64,000 bases of DNA, taken from positions 96,001 to 160,000 of the forward strand of contig CBDUPA010000008.1 of assembly GCA_965368975.1 (NCBI GenBank), written 5' to 3'. The DNA comes from an uncultured bacterium. Lineage in GTDB: Bacteria; Acidobacteriota; Thermoanaerobaculia; Multivoradales; JAHZIX01. Under the pieces are notes generated by a model, which was not told the origin of the DNA, did no database searches, and was given only the letters and a program-made list of their open reading frames with translations. Both the position numbers and the translations under genes were made by a program. This document shows positions 50,023 to 59,874 of this stretch, piece after piece (the stretch's first letter is position 1; the number at the start of each line of letters is the position of its first letter).

Positions 50023-50439
50023 ATGCCCGCCGCCATGGTGACTTCCGGTGCTACCTGGCTGTACCGCCTGGGGGCGGATCTGACGGTGCTGCTGCACTTC
50101 GGGTTCGTGCTCTTCGTGGTACTCGGTGGCCTGCTGGTCCTGCGCTGGCGGCGGCTCGCCTGGGCTCACCTGCCGGCAGTGGCGTGGGGGGCTGGTATCG
50201 AATTCGGCGGCTGGATCTGTCCGTTGACCCATGTGGAGAACCACCTGCGGCGCCTGGCCGGTGAGGGCGGCTACGAAGGCGGCTTCGTCGAGCGCTATCT
50301 GCTGCCCGTGCTGTATCCGCAAGGCCTGACGCGCGAAGTCCAGATCGGTCTCGGAGTCTTCGTGCTGGTGGTCAACCTTGGAGTCTACGCGTGGGTGATG
50401 TTCCGGCGTGGACAGGTGGCGGAAGATCGGGCAGAATAG
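50023..50439 (+). CDS. DUF2784-like membrane protein
   Basis: HFGFVLFVVLGG, HLPAVAWG, WICPLTHVENHLR, GFVERYLLPVLYP. Confidence 0.85.
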   Translation: MPAAMVTSGATWLYRLGADLTVLLHFGFVLFVVLGGLLVLRWRRLAWAHLPAVAWGAGIEFGGWICPLTHVENHLRRLAGEGGYEGGFVERYLLPVLYPQGLTREVQIGLGVFVLVVNLGVYAWVMFRRGQVAEDRAE

Positions 50440-50500
50440 CCAGCCGCTTTTCTGCAAACCATTGAACTATGATGCAACTGGATCGAATGGGAGAATCCGA

Positions 50501-51250
50501 ATGAGCAATGGCAAGAAAGGACTGCATCCGCTGGCCTGGGTGGCGATCGGATGCGGCGCGCTGATCGTCATCGGTGGTCTGGTGCTGACGCTGGGCCTGG
50601 GGTATCTGGGCTTCAAGGCGAAGCAGTTCGTCGAAGAGTACGAAGAGAACCCTGCCCTCGGCGTGGCGCAGGTGATCGCTGCCACCAATCCCGAAGTCGA
50701 GATCGAGTCCTCGGACGAGACCGCGCAGACCGTGACCTTCCGCAACACCGAGACTGGTGAGTTGATGACGATCAACTACAAGGATCTGGAAGAAGGCCGT
50801 GTCAGTTTCGAGAGCAGCGAAGGCAGCTTCGAGATCGATGCCTCTGAGGAGGGGGGCGGTACGGTCACCATGACGAATGAAGACGGAGACACCGTCTACC
50901 AGGCAGGGGCCGCGGTCGACGCAGATGTACCGGCTTGGGTGCCGATGATGAGTGATGCGACGCTCAACCCGGTGGTGCAGCAGCAGACCTCGGACGGCAA
51001 CTTCGCGAGCTTCCAGGTCACCTTCCCGGAAGGCACCGAGGTCAAGGACGTCTTCGACTTCTACCAGCAGCAACTGGAAGACGCGGGCTTCGAGGTTGAT
51101 CGCGCCGAGCAGACGGTCAACGGCCAGGTCACCGGTACGGTGATCGGGGACAACGCTGCTTCTGGCCAGAACGTCACGATCTTTGCGGGCGTCGACGATC
51201 AGGGGGCGGTCGGCGGCATGCTGACGGTCACCGAGAAGAAGGGTAACTGA
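50501..51250 (+). CDS. Membrane-anchored acidic hypothetical protein
   Basis: KKGLHPLAWVAIGCGALIV single TM, acidic extracytoplasmic domain, GGAG RBS. Confidence 0.7.
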   Translation: MSNGKKGLHPLAWVAIGCGALIVIGGLVLTLGLGYLGFKAKQFVEEYEENPALGVAQVIAATNPEVEIESSDETAQTVTFRNTETGELMTINYKDLEEGRVSFESSEGSFEIDASEEGGGTVTMTNEDGDTVYQAGAAVDADVPAWVPMMSDATLNPVVQQQTSDGNFASFQVTFPEGTEVKDVFDFYQQQLEDAGFEVDRAEQTVNGQVTGTVIGDNAASGQNVTIFAGVDDQGAVGGMLTVTEKKGN

Positions 51251-51267
51251 CGAACGTCAGAGGACCG

Positions 51268-51306
51268 CGCCGAAGGCACCCACTGTTGGGTACCTTCGGC
51301 GTTTCT
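51268..51306 (+). terminator. Hairpin terminator between convergent genes
   Basis: CGCCGAAGGCACCCA-CTGT-TGGGTACCTTCGGCG (one mismatch) followed by TTTCT. Confidence 0.75.
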
Positions 51307-51333
51307 AGATTTCCGAAGCCCGCGGGGCAACGC

Positions 51334-53163
51334 TCAGATTGTCTCTGGGAGCGTGTGCGTGCGATCTTCGTTGGCCTGCTGCAGGTAGGCCATCAGCGGG
51401 CTGTAGTAGTCGAGCATCGCCTTGGCGCTCAGCTCTTCACCCAAGTGCTCGCGCATCACCTGGCGCCAGTCCTGGGTAGCGCCCAGTTCGAGGATCGAAC
51501 GTAGGAAGGCACCGACGTCCTCGCGGCCGAAGTAGTTGGTGTTGCGTTCGTCCTGCTGCAGGATGTCGCGCGCGATGTGCGCATGCAGCTGGTGCAGAAT
51601 GACGTGCGACAGGGCGTAGTCATAGTACTGCGCCGGGTCGTTGTTGATGTGCGTCTTGGTGGCCGCGTCGCAGTAGGTCTCGCCGCGCTCGGAAGGAGGG
51701 GCGATGCCCTGGAAGTGGGCCACGTGGTCCCACCACGCCTGGTTGTAGTTGTCCGGACTGATGGCACCGCGGTAGAGGTCGTACTCGAAGTGGCTCATGG
51801 TGCCGGCGGAGAAGGGGATGAAGACCACGGTATCGAGGGCTTCCTTGAGCAGCTGACGCACCTCGTCGACCTCGGCGTCGGCATCGACCAGGCCTCGGTC
51901 GATCAGGAAGGCCTTGTGCTTGGACGCCATGCCCAGCTGGGTGCCCACCGCCTCATGGAAGCCACGGTTGGCGCCGCGGCGCAGGATCGGCGGCACGTTC
52001 GGGTTGGTGTAGGCGACGTAGTAGTAGATGTGCCCCAGCTCATGATGCGCGGTGCCCCACCAGCGCTCGTTGGCTTGTACGCTCATGAGACTGCGGACAT
52101 CGTCCTGCAGGTCCATGTGCCAGGCGCTGGCGTGGTTGTTCTTCTTGTACTCAGCGTCCTCGGGAGCCGGGTAGAGTGACGACTGGTCCCAAAAGCTCTG
52201 GGGCAGCGCTGGAAAGCCCAGGCTGATGAAGAATTGTTCGGCTTGCTCGATCACCCACTCGGGCGTCTTGTCCGCCAGCGCGGCGTTGATGTCCAGGCCC
52301 TCGACAGTGATGTTGGACGACCAGTCCTGGCCCCAGCGGTTGGGCAGCCAGTGCGCCGGTAGCATCTCGGGCACTTCGGCGCCGTACTGCTCGGCCAATT
52401 CATAGCGGGTGTAGGTGTGCAATTCGCGGTAGAGCGGCCACAGATCGCGTACCAGTTGCTCGAGTAGGCTGATCATCTCTTCGCTGCTCATGCCGTAGGC
52501 GGAGACCTGGTGGGCGAAGAAGTGATCGTAGCCCAGAGACTGGACGGTCTGGTTGCGCAGATCGACCAGCTCGGCCAGACCCTGGCGCAACTCGACGCCA
52601 ACCTCTTTGGACGCTTCCCAGGCGGCCTGGCGAGCGGCGAGGTCGGTTTCCTGGTCCAGGGTGTCGTCGATCTCGTTGGCACTCACCGGCTGGCCGTCGA
52701 GTGTGAACTCGAAGCCGAACAGCTTCTCGTTCTGCAGGGCTTCGGCGGCGATGCGCTGCTCGACGATCTCCGGCACCGTACCCGGGTACTCACCGCCGAC
52801 GTACAGCATGCGCTCAAGTGCCCGCACCTGCACGGGCTCGAGGTGGTCTTTCTGCTCCAGGTAGGCCTGGACCTTCTCCAGCGTGTCAACCGCGCCGGTG
52901 AATTCGGTGAACGCCTTGCGCGCCGCTTCTTCACGCTGGCGGTTGCTGTCGTCGCCTTCGACGATGTGGGTGTTAGAGGCCCACTGCGCTGCTGACGACT
53001 CGGTATAGAGCTCGACGTAGCGATCCTGATAGCCATCGATGAAGGCCTGGACTTCCGCCTGTACCTCCTCGGGGGAGGGGGTGGGAGGCGTGCAAGCGAG
53101 CAGGGTCAGACCGGCGACGAGCGCCGCCAGCAGGAGGGGCAGGGCCGTGGAGGTTCGTAGCAT
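51334..53163 (-). CDS. M2 family peptidyl-dipeptidase (ACE-like) lipoprotein
   Basis: Lipobox LTLLA-C; LPAHWLPNRWGQDW, HASAW, zinc motif HHELGH, GANRGFHEAVG. Confidence 0.92.
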   Translation of the reverse strand: MLRTSTALPLLLAALVAGLTLLACTPPTPSPEEVQAEVQAFIDGYQDRYVELYTESSAAQWASNTHIVEGDDSNRQREEAARKAFTEFTGAVDTLEKVQAYLEQKDHLEPVQVRALERMLYVGGEYPGTVPEIVEQRIAAEALQNEKLFGFEFTLDGQPVSANEIDDTLDQETDLAARQAAWEASKEVGVELRQGLAELVDLRNQTVQSLGYDHFFAHQVSAYGMSSEEMISLLEQLVRDLWPLYRELHTYTRYELAEQYGAEVPEMLPAHWLPNRWGQDWSSNITVEGLDINAALADKTPEWVIEQAEQFFISLGFPALPQSFWDQSSLYPAPEDAEYKKNNHASAWHMDLQDDVRSLMSVQANERWWGTAHHELGHIYYYVAYTNPNVPPILRRGANRGFHEAVGTQLGMASKHKAFLIDRGLVDADAEVDEVRQLLKEALDTVVFIPFSAGTMSHFEYDLYRGAISPDNYNQAWWDHVAHFQGIAPPSERGETYCDAATKTHINNDPAQYYDYALSHVILHQLHAHIARDILQQDERNTNYFGREDVGAFLRSILELGATQDWRQVMREHLGEELSAKAMLDYYSPLMAYLQQANEDRTHTLPETI

Positions 53164-53175
53164 GGGGGTTCCTCT

Positions 53176-54420
53176 CTAGAAGGGATGCAGCTCGGCCAGG
53201 ACATCGGCCAGAGCTTCGATTTCACTCTCGGTATTGTAGTAGTGGGGGGAGACGCGCAGGGCTCCCGAAATGCCGCGGGTGTCGTAGTCGATGACGGCGC
53301 TGGTGCGCAGGGCGGCGCTGGTGTGAATGGAGCGCCGTCGCAGCTCGCGCACCAGATCCTCGGGCCGCCACCCTTCGACGGTCAGGGTCAGGATGGCGCC
53401 GAGCTGTCGCGTCGTGTCGGGTGCGCCTTCGAGCAAGGTAACGCCGGGCACGGCGGCCAAGCGCTGGCGGGCCAAGTCCGCCATGGCGAGCGTGCGGCTG
53501 CTCAGGCGCTGGCTACCGTGCCGGAGCACGTAGCGCGCCGCCGCGCCGAGACCGCGCACCAAGGCCCAGGAGAACTCCCAGTTCTCGAAGCGTCGGGCAT
53601 CGGAGCGCGGGCGGTAGCTGTCCGGCTCGGTCCAGTCGGCGCCGCGCAGGTCGGGCAGCAGGGGCTCGAAGCCGAGATCGAGTGCCCGCTCACTGACGTA
53701 CAGGAAGCCGGTGCCGCGCGGACCGCGCAGGAACTTGCGCCCGGTGGCGCTCAGGAAGTCGCAGCCCAGGGTCTCGACGTCGAGCGGTAGGTGGCCGACG
53801 GACTGGCAGGCGTCGATCAAGAAAGTCACGTCGTGCCGGCGACAAATGGAGCCGATGGCGGTGACGTCTTGAACCCGGCCGCTGTAGGTAGGAATGTGAG
53901 TGATCGCGACCAGCCGCGGGCGGTGCCGCCGCACCAGATCCTCGATGGCGTCGGGATCGACGCTGCCGGTCGTGCCGTCGTCGCTGGGCAAGTCGGGTGC
54001 GCGCACCAACTCGACCCCGCAACGCCGGATCAGCGCCAGGAACATGATCTGGTTGGACACGTAGTCGGCGCGGCTGGTGACGATGACGTCGCCGGCCCTG
54101 AACGGGATCGACGACAGGGCTTGCCCAAAGGCGGCTGTCGCGTTCTCGACCAGTGCGATCTGACGGGCCTTGGCTCCGAGCAGCTCGGCGATCGCGGCGT
54201 AGGTATCCTGGATGGCGTCGGCAGCCAGCTCGGCGGCTTCGTAGCCGCCGTGCCGAGCTTCCAACTCCAAGTGCTCGCGTACCGCTTGCAGAACCGGCTC
54301 CGGCATCAGTGCCGCGCCGGCATTGTTCAAGTGCGTGCAGTGGCCGCAGCCGGGGGTGTCGGCGCGCAACACCTCGATGTCCAGCGTCGGCACGCGCGTG
54401 GGCTCGACGGCGTGACTCAT
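53176..54420 (-). CDS. Class V PLP-dependent aminotransferase / C-S lyase-like enzyme
   Basis: HLNNAGAAL, DACQSVG, SATGRKFLRGPRGTG, LRVSPHYYNT; ATG 54420 overlaps the ALDH stop (ATGA). Confidence 0.88.
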   Translation of the reverse strand: MSHAVEPTRVPTLDIEVLRADTPGCGHCTHLNNAGAALMPEPVLQAVREHLELEARHGGYEAAELAADAIQDTYAAIAELLGAKARQIALVENATAAFGQALSSIPFRAGDVIVTSRADYVSNQIMFLALIRRCGVELVRAPDLPSDDGTTGSVDPDAIEDLVRRHRPRLVAITHIPTYSGRVQDVTAIGSICRRHDVTFLIDACQSVGHLPLDVETLGCDFLSATGRKFLRGPRGTGFLYVSERALDLGFEPLLPDLRGADWTEPDSYRPRSDARRFENWEFSWALVRGLGAAARYVLRHGSQRLSSRTLAMADLARQRLAAVPGVTLLEGAPDTTRQLGAILTLTVEGWRPEDLVRELRRRSIHTSAALRTSAVIDYDTRGISGALRVSPHYYNTESEIEALADVLAELHPF

Positions 54421-56195
54421 CCGCGCACCCCGTGCCAGGTAATCGGCAGTAGCTTGAGCGGCGACGGTGAGCGCTCGAAGTCGGCCAGCGCTCTGGCCAG
54501 TGGGTAGGCGGTGCGGTGACTGACGAACCAGGGTGGCTTGGGCCAGGCCTCGAACAGAGAGCGCACCACCGTTTTCTGGGGGCGCGCGAACATCAACGTG
54601 TTGTGGACCACGCCCATGCCGCTCTGCAGGTCGTAGAGATCGTGCCCCGGGTAGGCTCCCCAGGTGGTGGTCATCAGGCCGAAGCCGACCGCCGCCCAGT
54701 GGTTGATCGACACGGTGCCGAAACGCAGACGCTCCAGCGCCCGTTCGAGGGCCGCCGCGTTGTTCGGGTCGGCGGTGGTGCCCGGGTGGACGATCAGGGT
54801 GACGTTGAGTGTTCCCCAGACCTGTTCGTTGACGAAGTCGACCGCCCGCTGCAGGAACTCTGGCACCGTCTCGGCGGCCAGCGCCGTCTCGGAAAAGACG
54901 CCGCAGAACGCTTCGGTACGGAAGCAAATGTCGTCCGCCGGGCCACCCTCGGGGGAGGGCGCCGGCTCGGGTAGTTCCGGAATGAACAGCCAGGGCAGTT
55001 CGCCCTCGGCAGGCTCGCCGTAGGCTTCGGCTTCCGGATGCGCTTGGCGGAAGCGCTCGAAGCGTTCCGCGGCGCCCGGGTAGTAGGCTGGTCGTGGTGG
55101 TGTCTCGGCGAGGCAGCGGCGCATCTCGTCGAGCAAACGCTGACGCTTGAACCAGCCTTCTTGCTGCACGACGACGCGCGTCGCATTGCAGTTGAAGCCG
55201 GCGTTGTTGGCCAGCGACGAGACCAAGTTCTCTGCCTGGTACGCGACATCTTTCTCGCTCCACGGACCGGGTACTACGATCACCGCGCTGACGTTGCCCA
55301 ACTCGGCGCTGATCGGCTTGTCCAGGCGCGGCCGGCGTTCGGCCTTGCGCCGGGCACCTTCCTCGCCGGGGCCGAAGACGATCGCCTCGACGGTGCGGTC
55401 CGAGCCGGTGATGTGGATCTCGTCGACCAGCCGGTGGTTGCACAGGTACTCGCCGACATCGGCGCCGCCATAGACCACGCGCAGCGCACCGCGCCGCACC
55501 AGGGGTTCGAAGGCACGCTCGATCAGGGGACCGAGGAAGGCGTTGAGCGGGTGCATCTTGTAGATCACCACGCGGTTCTCGACGAAGAACTTGTACAGCG
55601 CGTCGGTGGGGCCAATCGAGGTGACATTGCCGGCGCCCAGGACCAGCGCCACACCTCCTTCGCTGTCTGCGTCCTCGCCGCAGGCCAGATTCTCACGGTA
55701 AGCCAGCGCTTGCGTCGAGGGCAGCTCTTCCGCGCTCACGCCTGGTTCCATCCACACTTCGGCGGTGACCCCGGGAAACAGTGCCATGTCGTAGAGCGAC
55801 GCTGGGAACACTCTCGCTGTTACCTGGCCGTTGGTGCGCGTCTTCACCGGCCCGGGAATCCGGGGCTGACCATACTTGCGGATGTCGGCCAGGGCTTCAC
55901 GCAGCAGGCGGATGTTGCGCTGCATCAGGTACGGGCCGACCAACCACTCTTCGCCCGCTTGCGGCGTACCGTCGGTGCCTTCCGCGCGTGCCGAAGACTC
56001 GGCCCACTCGGCGGAAACCTCGGCCAGGCGGTCGTGCAACTCGCCCAGCAGCTCGATGCGCTCTGCAATCGAGGTGCGCACCCATGCCGGTGCTGCCGCG
56101 TGCAGCGTCTCGAGCGCCTGGTCGATGTCGCCGTGAGGGCTATCCGGAGGGATGTGATTGGCAGGGGAGGAGGGTGTCGGCGTGATAGCAGCCAT
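54417..56195 (-). CDS. Aldehyde dehydrogenase family protein (divergent)
   Basis: VLGAGN, IHITGS, AELGNV (catalytic Glu), NAGFNC (catalytic Cys), EAFCG. Confidence 0.85.
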   Translation of the reverse strand: MAAITPTPSSPANHIPPDSPHGDIDQALETLHAAAPAWVRTSIAERIELLGELHDRLAEVSAEWAESSARAEGTDGTPQAGEEWLVGPYLMQRNIRLLREALADIRKYGQPRIPGPVKTRTNGQVTARVFPASLYDMALFPGVTAEVWMEPGVSAEELPSTQALAYRENLACGEDADSEGGVALVLGAGNVTSIGPTDALYKFFVENRVVIYKMHPLNAFLGPLIERAFEPLVRRGALRVVYGGADVGEYLCNHRLVDEIHITGSDRTVEAIVFGPGEEGARRKAERRPRLDKPISAELGNVSAVIVVPGPWSEKDVAYQAENLVSSLANNAGFNCNATRVVVQQEGWFKRQRLLDEMRRCLAETPPRPAYYPGAAERFERFRQAHPEAEAYGEPAEGELPWLFIPELPEPAPSPEGGPADDICFRTEAFCGVFSETALAAETVPEFLQRAVDFVNEQVWGTLNVTLIVHPGTTADPNNAAALERALERLRFGTVSINHWAAVGFGLMTTTWGAYPGHDLYDLQSGMGVVHNTLMFARPQKTVVRSLFEAWPKPPWFVSHRTAYPLARALADFERSPSPLKLLPITWHGVRG

Positions 56196-56281
56196 GGCGG
56201 AACTTTAGCATAGCCCTCGGGTGCCAAAGCCCCTACGGCCCCTGGCGTCTGACGCGCTCGACGGCTTACAATGGTGCCAAC

Positions 56282-57061
56282 ATGATCGAGATCCAAGAGC
56301 TACGCAAGACGTACGGTGACCACGTCGCCGTCGACGGTCTGTCGTTGACCGTCAACGCGGGGGAAATCTTCGGCCTGGTTGGTCCCAACGGCGCGGGCAA
56401 GACGTCGACCTTACGCTGCCTGGCCGGCATTCTGCCGCCCACTTCCGGCCACGTACGTGTCGATGGTTTCGACCTCGAGGCCGATCCTGTCGAGGCACGC
56501 CGCCGCCTGGCCTTCGTCGCCGACGAGCCGCGCCTGTTCGAGCATCTGACGGTGCGGGACTACATGAAGGTGCTGGCGCGCCTCTACGGCGTCGAGGACG
56601 GAACTGAGCGTAGCGAAGCCTTGCTCGAAGAGTTGGCACTCGGCGATCGACACCACAGCTTCCCGGACGAGTTGTCACGCGGCATGAAGCAGAAACTCAT
56701 GGTTGCCGGCGCTCTCTTGCACCGGCCCAAGGCCCTGATCTTCGATGAGCCGCTGACCGGCCTCGATCCCGGTGCCATGCGGCGGATGAAGACCACTATC
56801 CGGCGCACCGCCGGCGAAGGCACCGCGGTGCTGGTGTCGTCGCACCTGCTGTCCCTGGTCGAAGAGATGTGCGACCGCGTGCTGATCCTGCAGCGCGGCC
56901 GGGAAGTCCTCAGTGGGACGCTGAACGACATCCGCGCTGGCCTGCCGGATCTCGATCCCGATGCCGACCTCGAGACCATCTTTCTGCGCGCGACGGGAAT
57001 GGACCAGGCAGGCTTGCCGCCCGTGCCAGAAGCCCAGCCCGCAGAGGAGAGCCAGGCTTGA
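56282..57061 (+). CDS. ABC exporter ATP-binding protein
   Basis: GPNGAGKT, LSRGMKQK, FDEPLTGLDP, SSHLL. Confidence 0.93.
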   Translation: MIEIQELRKTYGDHVAVDGLSLTVNAGEIFGLVGPNGAGKTSTLRCLAGILPPTSGHVRVDGFDLEADPVEARRRLAFVADEPRLFEHLTVRDYMKVLARLYGVEDGTERSEALLEELALGDRHHSFPDELSRGMKQKLMVAGALLHRPKALIFDEPLTGLDPGAMRRMKTTIRRTAGEGTAVLVSSHLLSLVEEMCDRVLILQRGREVLSGTLNDIRAGLPDLDPDADLETIFLRATGMDQAGLPPVPEAQPAEESQA

Positions 57062-58893
57062 CGCCACGCATCGGGGCGGCGTTGCTGTACCTGGCACTGC
57101 GCCAGCTCGCCGGTAGCCTGCGCCGCTGGGGTCGGCGGCTGAAGAAGCCGCGCTACGCCATCGCGACGCTTGCCGGTGTCGTCTACTTTGTTTTCGTCTT
57201 CGGCGCCTCGTTGTTCGATCGCAAGAACCTGATCGAGCGCATTCCCGCCAGCGTCGCCGAACTACTGCCCTGGGTGCTGGTCCTGCCGCTCTTGTTGATG
57301 GCGGCCCTGGTGTGGCTGTTCCGGCCTGCCAAGCTGCCGCTGCCGCTCAGCGAGGCGGAACTACAGGGCTTGTTACCGGCGCCGGTCAGCCGCCGTCACT
57401 TGCTCGGCTATGGATGGCTCAAGGCACAGCTGGGTCTGCTCTTCGGCGCCTGCATGCTCGGTTTCTTTGGCGACTTCCGCCTGGCGCCCGGCTTCTTCCT
57501 CGTGCTCAACCTGTTCACGCTGCACGTGCTGGCCCTCAGCCTCTTCAAGATCCACGCTCAGCAGCAGCAGCCTGACCGGCGTGTCCGACTCGAACGCTTA
57601 CCGCTACTCGTCTTGACATGCCTGGCTGTACTGCTCTTCCTGGCGCTCCGTCCGCCTATCGAGGCGCTGGTGGGACAGATCGCCAGTGGTGGTTTGGGTG
57701 ACGGCTTCCAGGATTTCCGGACGCTGCTACGCGAAGCCGCGACCGGCTTCCAGACCAGTCTCAACGGGCGCGCCTACTACGTTCTAACCGCCGTCCTGCG
57801 CTGGTCGCTGGCGCCGGTGCTCGCTCCTTTCGGCGCCGCTTCTTGGTTCGATGGCCTCGGCTTCCTGGCCCTCTTCGGCCTCCACTTGATGCTGGTCTTC
57901 CGTCGTCCGGTTCGCTTCGAGGAAGCCGCGCTGCGCGACGCCCCCAACGTCAAGGTCGACCTGGCCACCCGCATGCAGCGCAAGCAGGCGGCCAAGAATC
58001 GCGAGACGGAGCCGTTTCCGCTGCCGCCGGTCGCCGGCGTGCTGCTGGGACAGCCGGAGATGGCGGTCGTGTGGAAGAACTTCCAGCTCGGCAGTCGCAG
58101 CTCCCTGAAATCCTTGACGCTCAAGTTGCTGGCGGCGTTGCCGCTGATCACCCTCGTGACCGTGCTGCTGGGTGCTCCCGCCTGGTGGATTGGCATGATC
58201 GCCGGCGCCGGTGCGTTCCTGGTCGGCTTTTATCCGCTCGGCTCCGGCATGACCTTTCGCCACGATTTCAGAGCCGACCTACCGAAGCTCGAGATCCTGC
58301 GCACCTGGCCGCTGCCCGCCTGGCGCCTGGTGGCTGCTGAGCTCGCCGTGCCGGTTGCTCTCGCCCTCGGGGCAGCCCTCTTTGGCGGTGCCGCATGCCT
58401 GGCCGTGGGGGCCGGTGTCCTGCTTGCCGATCCTCCAGCCAGCACACTAGCCGGCAAGGCCGCCGTCCATCTCGCAGACTTCGGCATCGCTTTCTATCCC
58501 ACGCTCCTGGTGGTAGGGGGTTTGCCCTTGAGCCTGGGGCTCGCGACCCTGTCCACTGCCGCTCACAACCTCGCGACGCTTGTCTGGCCAGGGCTCTTTC
58601 CGCTGGGTTTCCGGGCACCGCAGCAGGGAAGCCCGGCGCTCATGGGCACCTACATGCTGATGTTCATCGGCCACTTCCTGTGCCTCGCTCTCGCCCTCAT
58701 CGTTCCCGGTCTCGTTGTCGCGCTATTGGTTGGCCTGCTGTACCTGCTCGGCGCAGCGGTCTTCCCTTGGGGATTGCCGCTGTTCGGGCTGGTCGGTGGC
58801 CTGCTGCTGTTCGCCGAGGGAGCGGCGCTGGTGGTGATCACGGCGCGCCGCTGGGAGACTCTGGATGCTTCGGAAGAACTGCTGAGCAGCTGA
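57058..58893 (+). CDS. Putative ABC exporter permease
   Basis: About 12 TM, RRLKKPRY, DFRADL..LEILRTWPL; TTG 57058 overlaps the ATPase stop. Confidence 0.8.
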   Translation: MTPRIGAALLYLALRQLAGSLRRWGRRLKKPRYAIATLAGVVYFVFVFGASLFDRKNLIERIPASVAELLPWVLVLPLLLMAALVWLFRPAKLPLPLSEAELQGLLPAPVSRRHLLGYGWLKAQLGLLFGACMLGFFGDFRLAPGFFLVLNLFTLHVLALSLFKIHAQQQQPDRRVRLERLPLLVLTCLAVLLFLALRPPIEALVGQIASGGLGDGFQDFRTLLREAATGFQTSLNGRAYYVLTAVLRWSLAPVLAPFGAASWFDGLGFLALFGLHLMLVFRRPVRFEEAALRDAPNVKVDLATRMQRKQAAKNRETEPFPLPPVAGVLLGQPEMAVVWKNFQLGSRSSLKSLTLKLLAALPLITLVTVLLGAPAWWIGMIAGAGAFLVGFYPLGSGMTFRHDFRADLPKLEILRTWPLPAWRLVAAELAVPVALALGAALFGGAACLAVGAGVLLADPPASTLAGKAAVHLADFGIAFYPTLLVVGGLPLSLGLATLSTAAHNLATLVWPGLFPLGFRAPQQGSPALMGTYMLMFIGHFLCLALALIVPGLVVALLVGLLYLLGAAVFPWGLPLFGLVGGLLLFAEGAALVVITARRWETLDASEELLSS

Positions 58894-59139
58894 GCCGCCT
58901 CGCACGCCAACTCCGTCTCCTCAGTTGGTCTGTCAGATCCTGCTACCTCACAGCGAATACGAAAGTGAGCTGCCACGGCCATGTGCCGTACGGCTCCTAC
59001 GTATCTTTTCGTGACGCCTTCCAAGGACACCTCGGTGCCCGACATCTGGAACAGTTCCGGTTGCCGGGTGGTCATCAGGAACCCGGGTTTTCCCGTGTCT
59101 GTGGGGATCGGGGGAACCCTGCCTTTGAAGGAGACACAT

Positions 59140-59361
59140 ATGGCACATCAATTCGTGGCCTATCTCGGCGACGATGTCAAACTCACGGCTGAGCAGCAGC
59201 GGGAAATCGCTGCAAGCGTCCAGAAAGCCGTGGTCGGCGCGTTGGCGCGCGTCGATTTACGGGGCGACTTGAGCACGCGGGTGCCCGAAAGCTTGGCCGG
59301 AAAGTTTCCCGATCACACGATGGGGATCTGGATCGAGCGCGGCGAACTACGCCAGTTCTGA
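59140..59361 (+). CDS. 73-aa hypothetical protein (possible precursor or partner)
   Basis: Strong GAAGGAG RBS before ATG 59140; MAHQFVAYLGDDVKLTAEQQREIAASVQKAVVGALARVDL...FPDHTMGIWIER. Confidence 0.7.
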   Translation: MAHQFVAYLGDDVKLTAEQQREIAASVQKAVVGALARVDLRGDLSTRVPESLAGKFPDHTMGIWIERGELRQF

Positions 59362-59374
59362 GGCGGGTGGCGTC

Positions 59375-59794
59375 ATGTCTGAACGACTGCCCGTCATGTG
59401 CCCGAGTTCGCGTTGCGAGGAGGGGCACGTCCTCCTGGGTATCGTCCAGGCGGACGGCAAGATCGGTTACCTGCCCGAGCGTCTGGAAGTCGACAGCGAC
59501 TTCGTGCAGATCGCGCGACAAGGCCGCGCCCCCGAGAAGCGTTTCCGCTTCAGTTCCAAGTGCGCCGAGAGCGGTTGCAAGCAGTGGACCGGCAGCGCGT
59601 GCGGCGTGATTCACAAGGTGCTCGCTGGCTACCCGCGAGCCAAGCGCGTTTCCTCACCGGCTGATTGCTCGATTCGCGAGCAGTGCCGCTGGCACCAGCA
59701 GGAAGGGCCGAAAGCCTGCACTGTCTGTCCGCTGGTGATCACCGATCAGCTGGTACCGGAGGACGCGATCGCGGAGACGGCGGCAGCGGGCTGA
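59375..59794 (+). CDS. Cys-rich (9 Cys) hypothetical metalloprotein
   Basis: CPSSRC ... RFSSKCAESGCKQWTGSAC ... CSIREQCRW ... ACTVCPLVIT; 13 nt after the 73-aa gene. Confidence 0.75.
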   Translation: MSERLPVMCPSSRCEEGHVLLGIVQADGKIGYLPERLEVDSDFVQIARQGRAPEKRFRFSSKCAESGCKQWTGSACGVIHKVLAGYPRAKRVSSPADCSIREQCRWHQQEGPKACTVCPLVITDQLVPEDAIAETAAAG

Positions 59795-59808
59795 TTGGCT
59801 TCGAACGG

Positions 59809-59849
59809 CAAGAGGCCGGCTCCAGGGATCGTCCCCGGCCGGCCTCTTG
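59809..59849. terminator. Hairpin between convergent small-protein genes
   Basis: Perfect 12-bp stem CAAGAGGCCGGC / GCCGGCCTCTTG; no long U-tract. Confidence 0.6.
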
Positions 59850-59874
59850 GACTTGTCGTGTCGAGCCCTGAGAC

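Noticed and set aside
53176-55443. 755-aa ORF suggesting a fusion or frameshift
   Set aside because: The N-terminal extension is an alternative frame of the ALDH gene; the PLP enzyme starts at ATG 54420 with a normal ATGA overlap.
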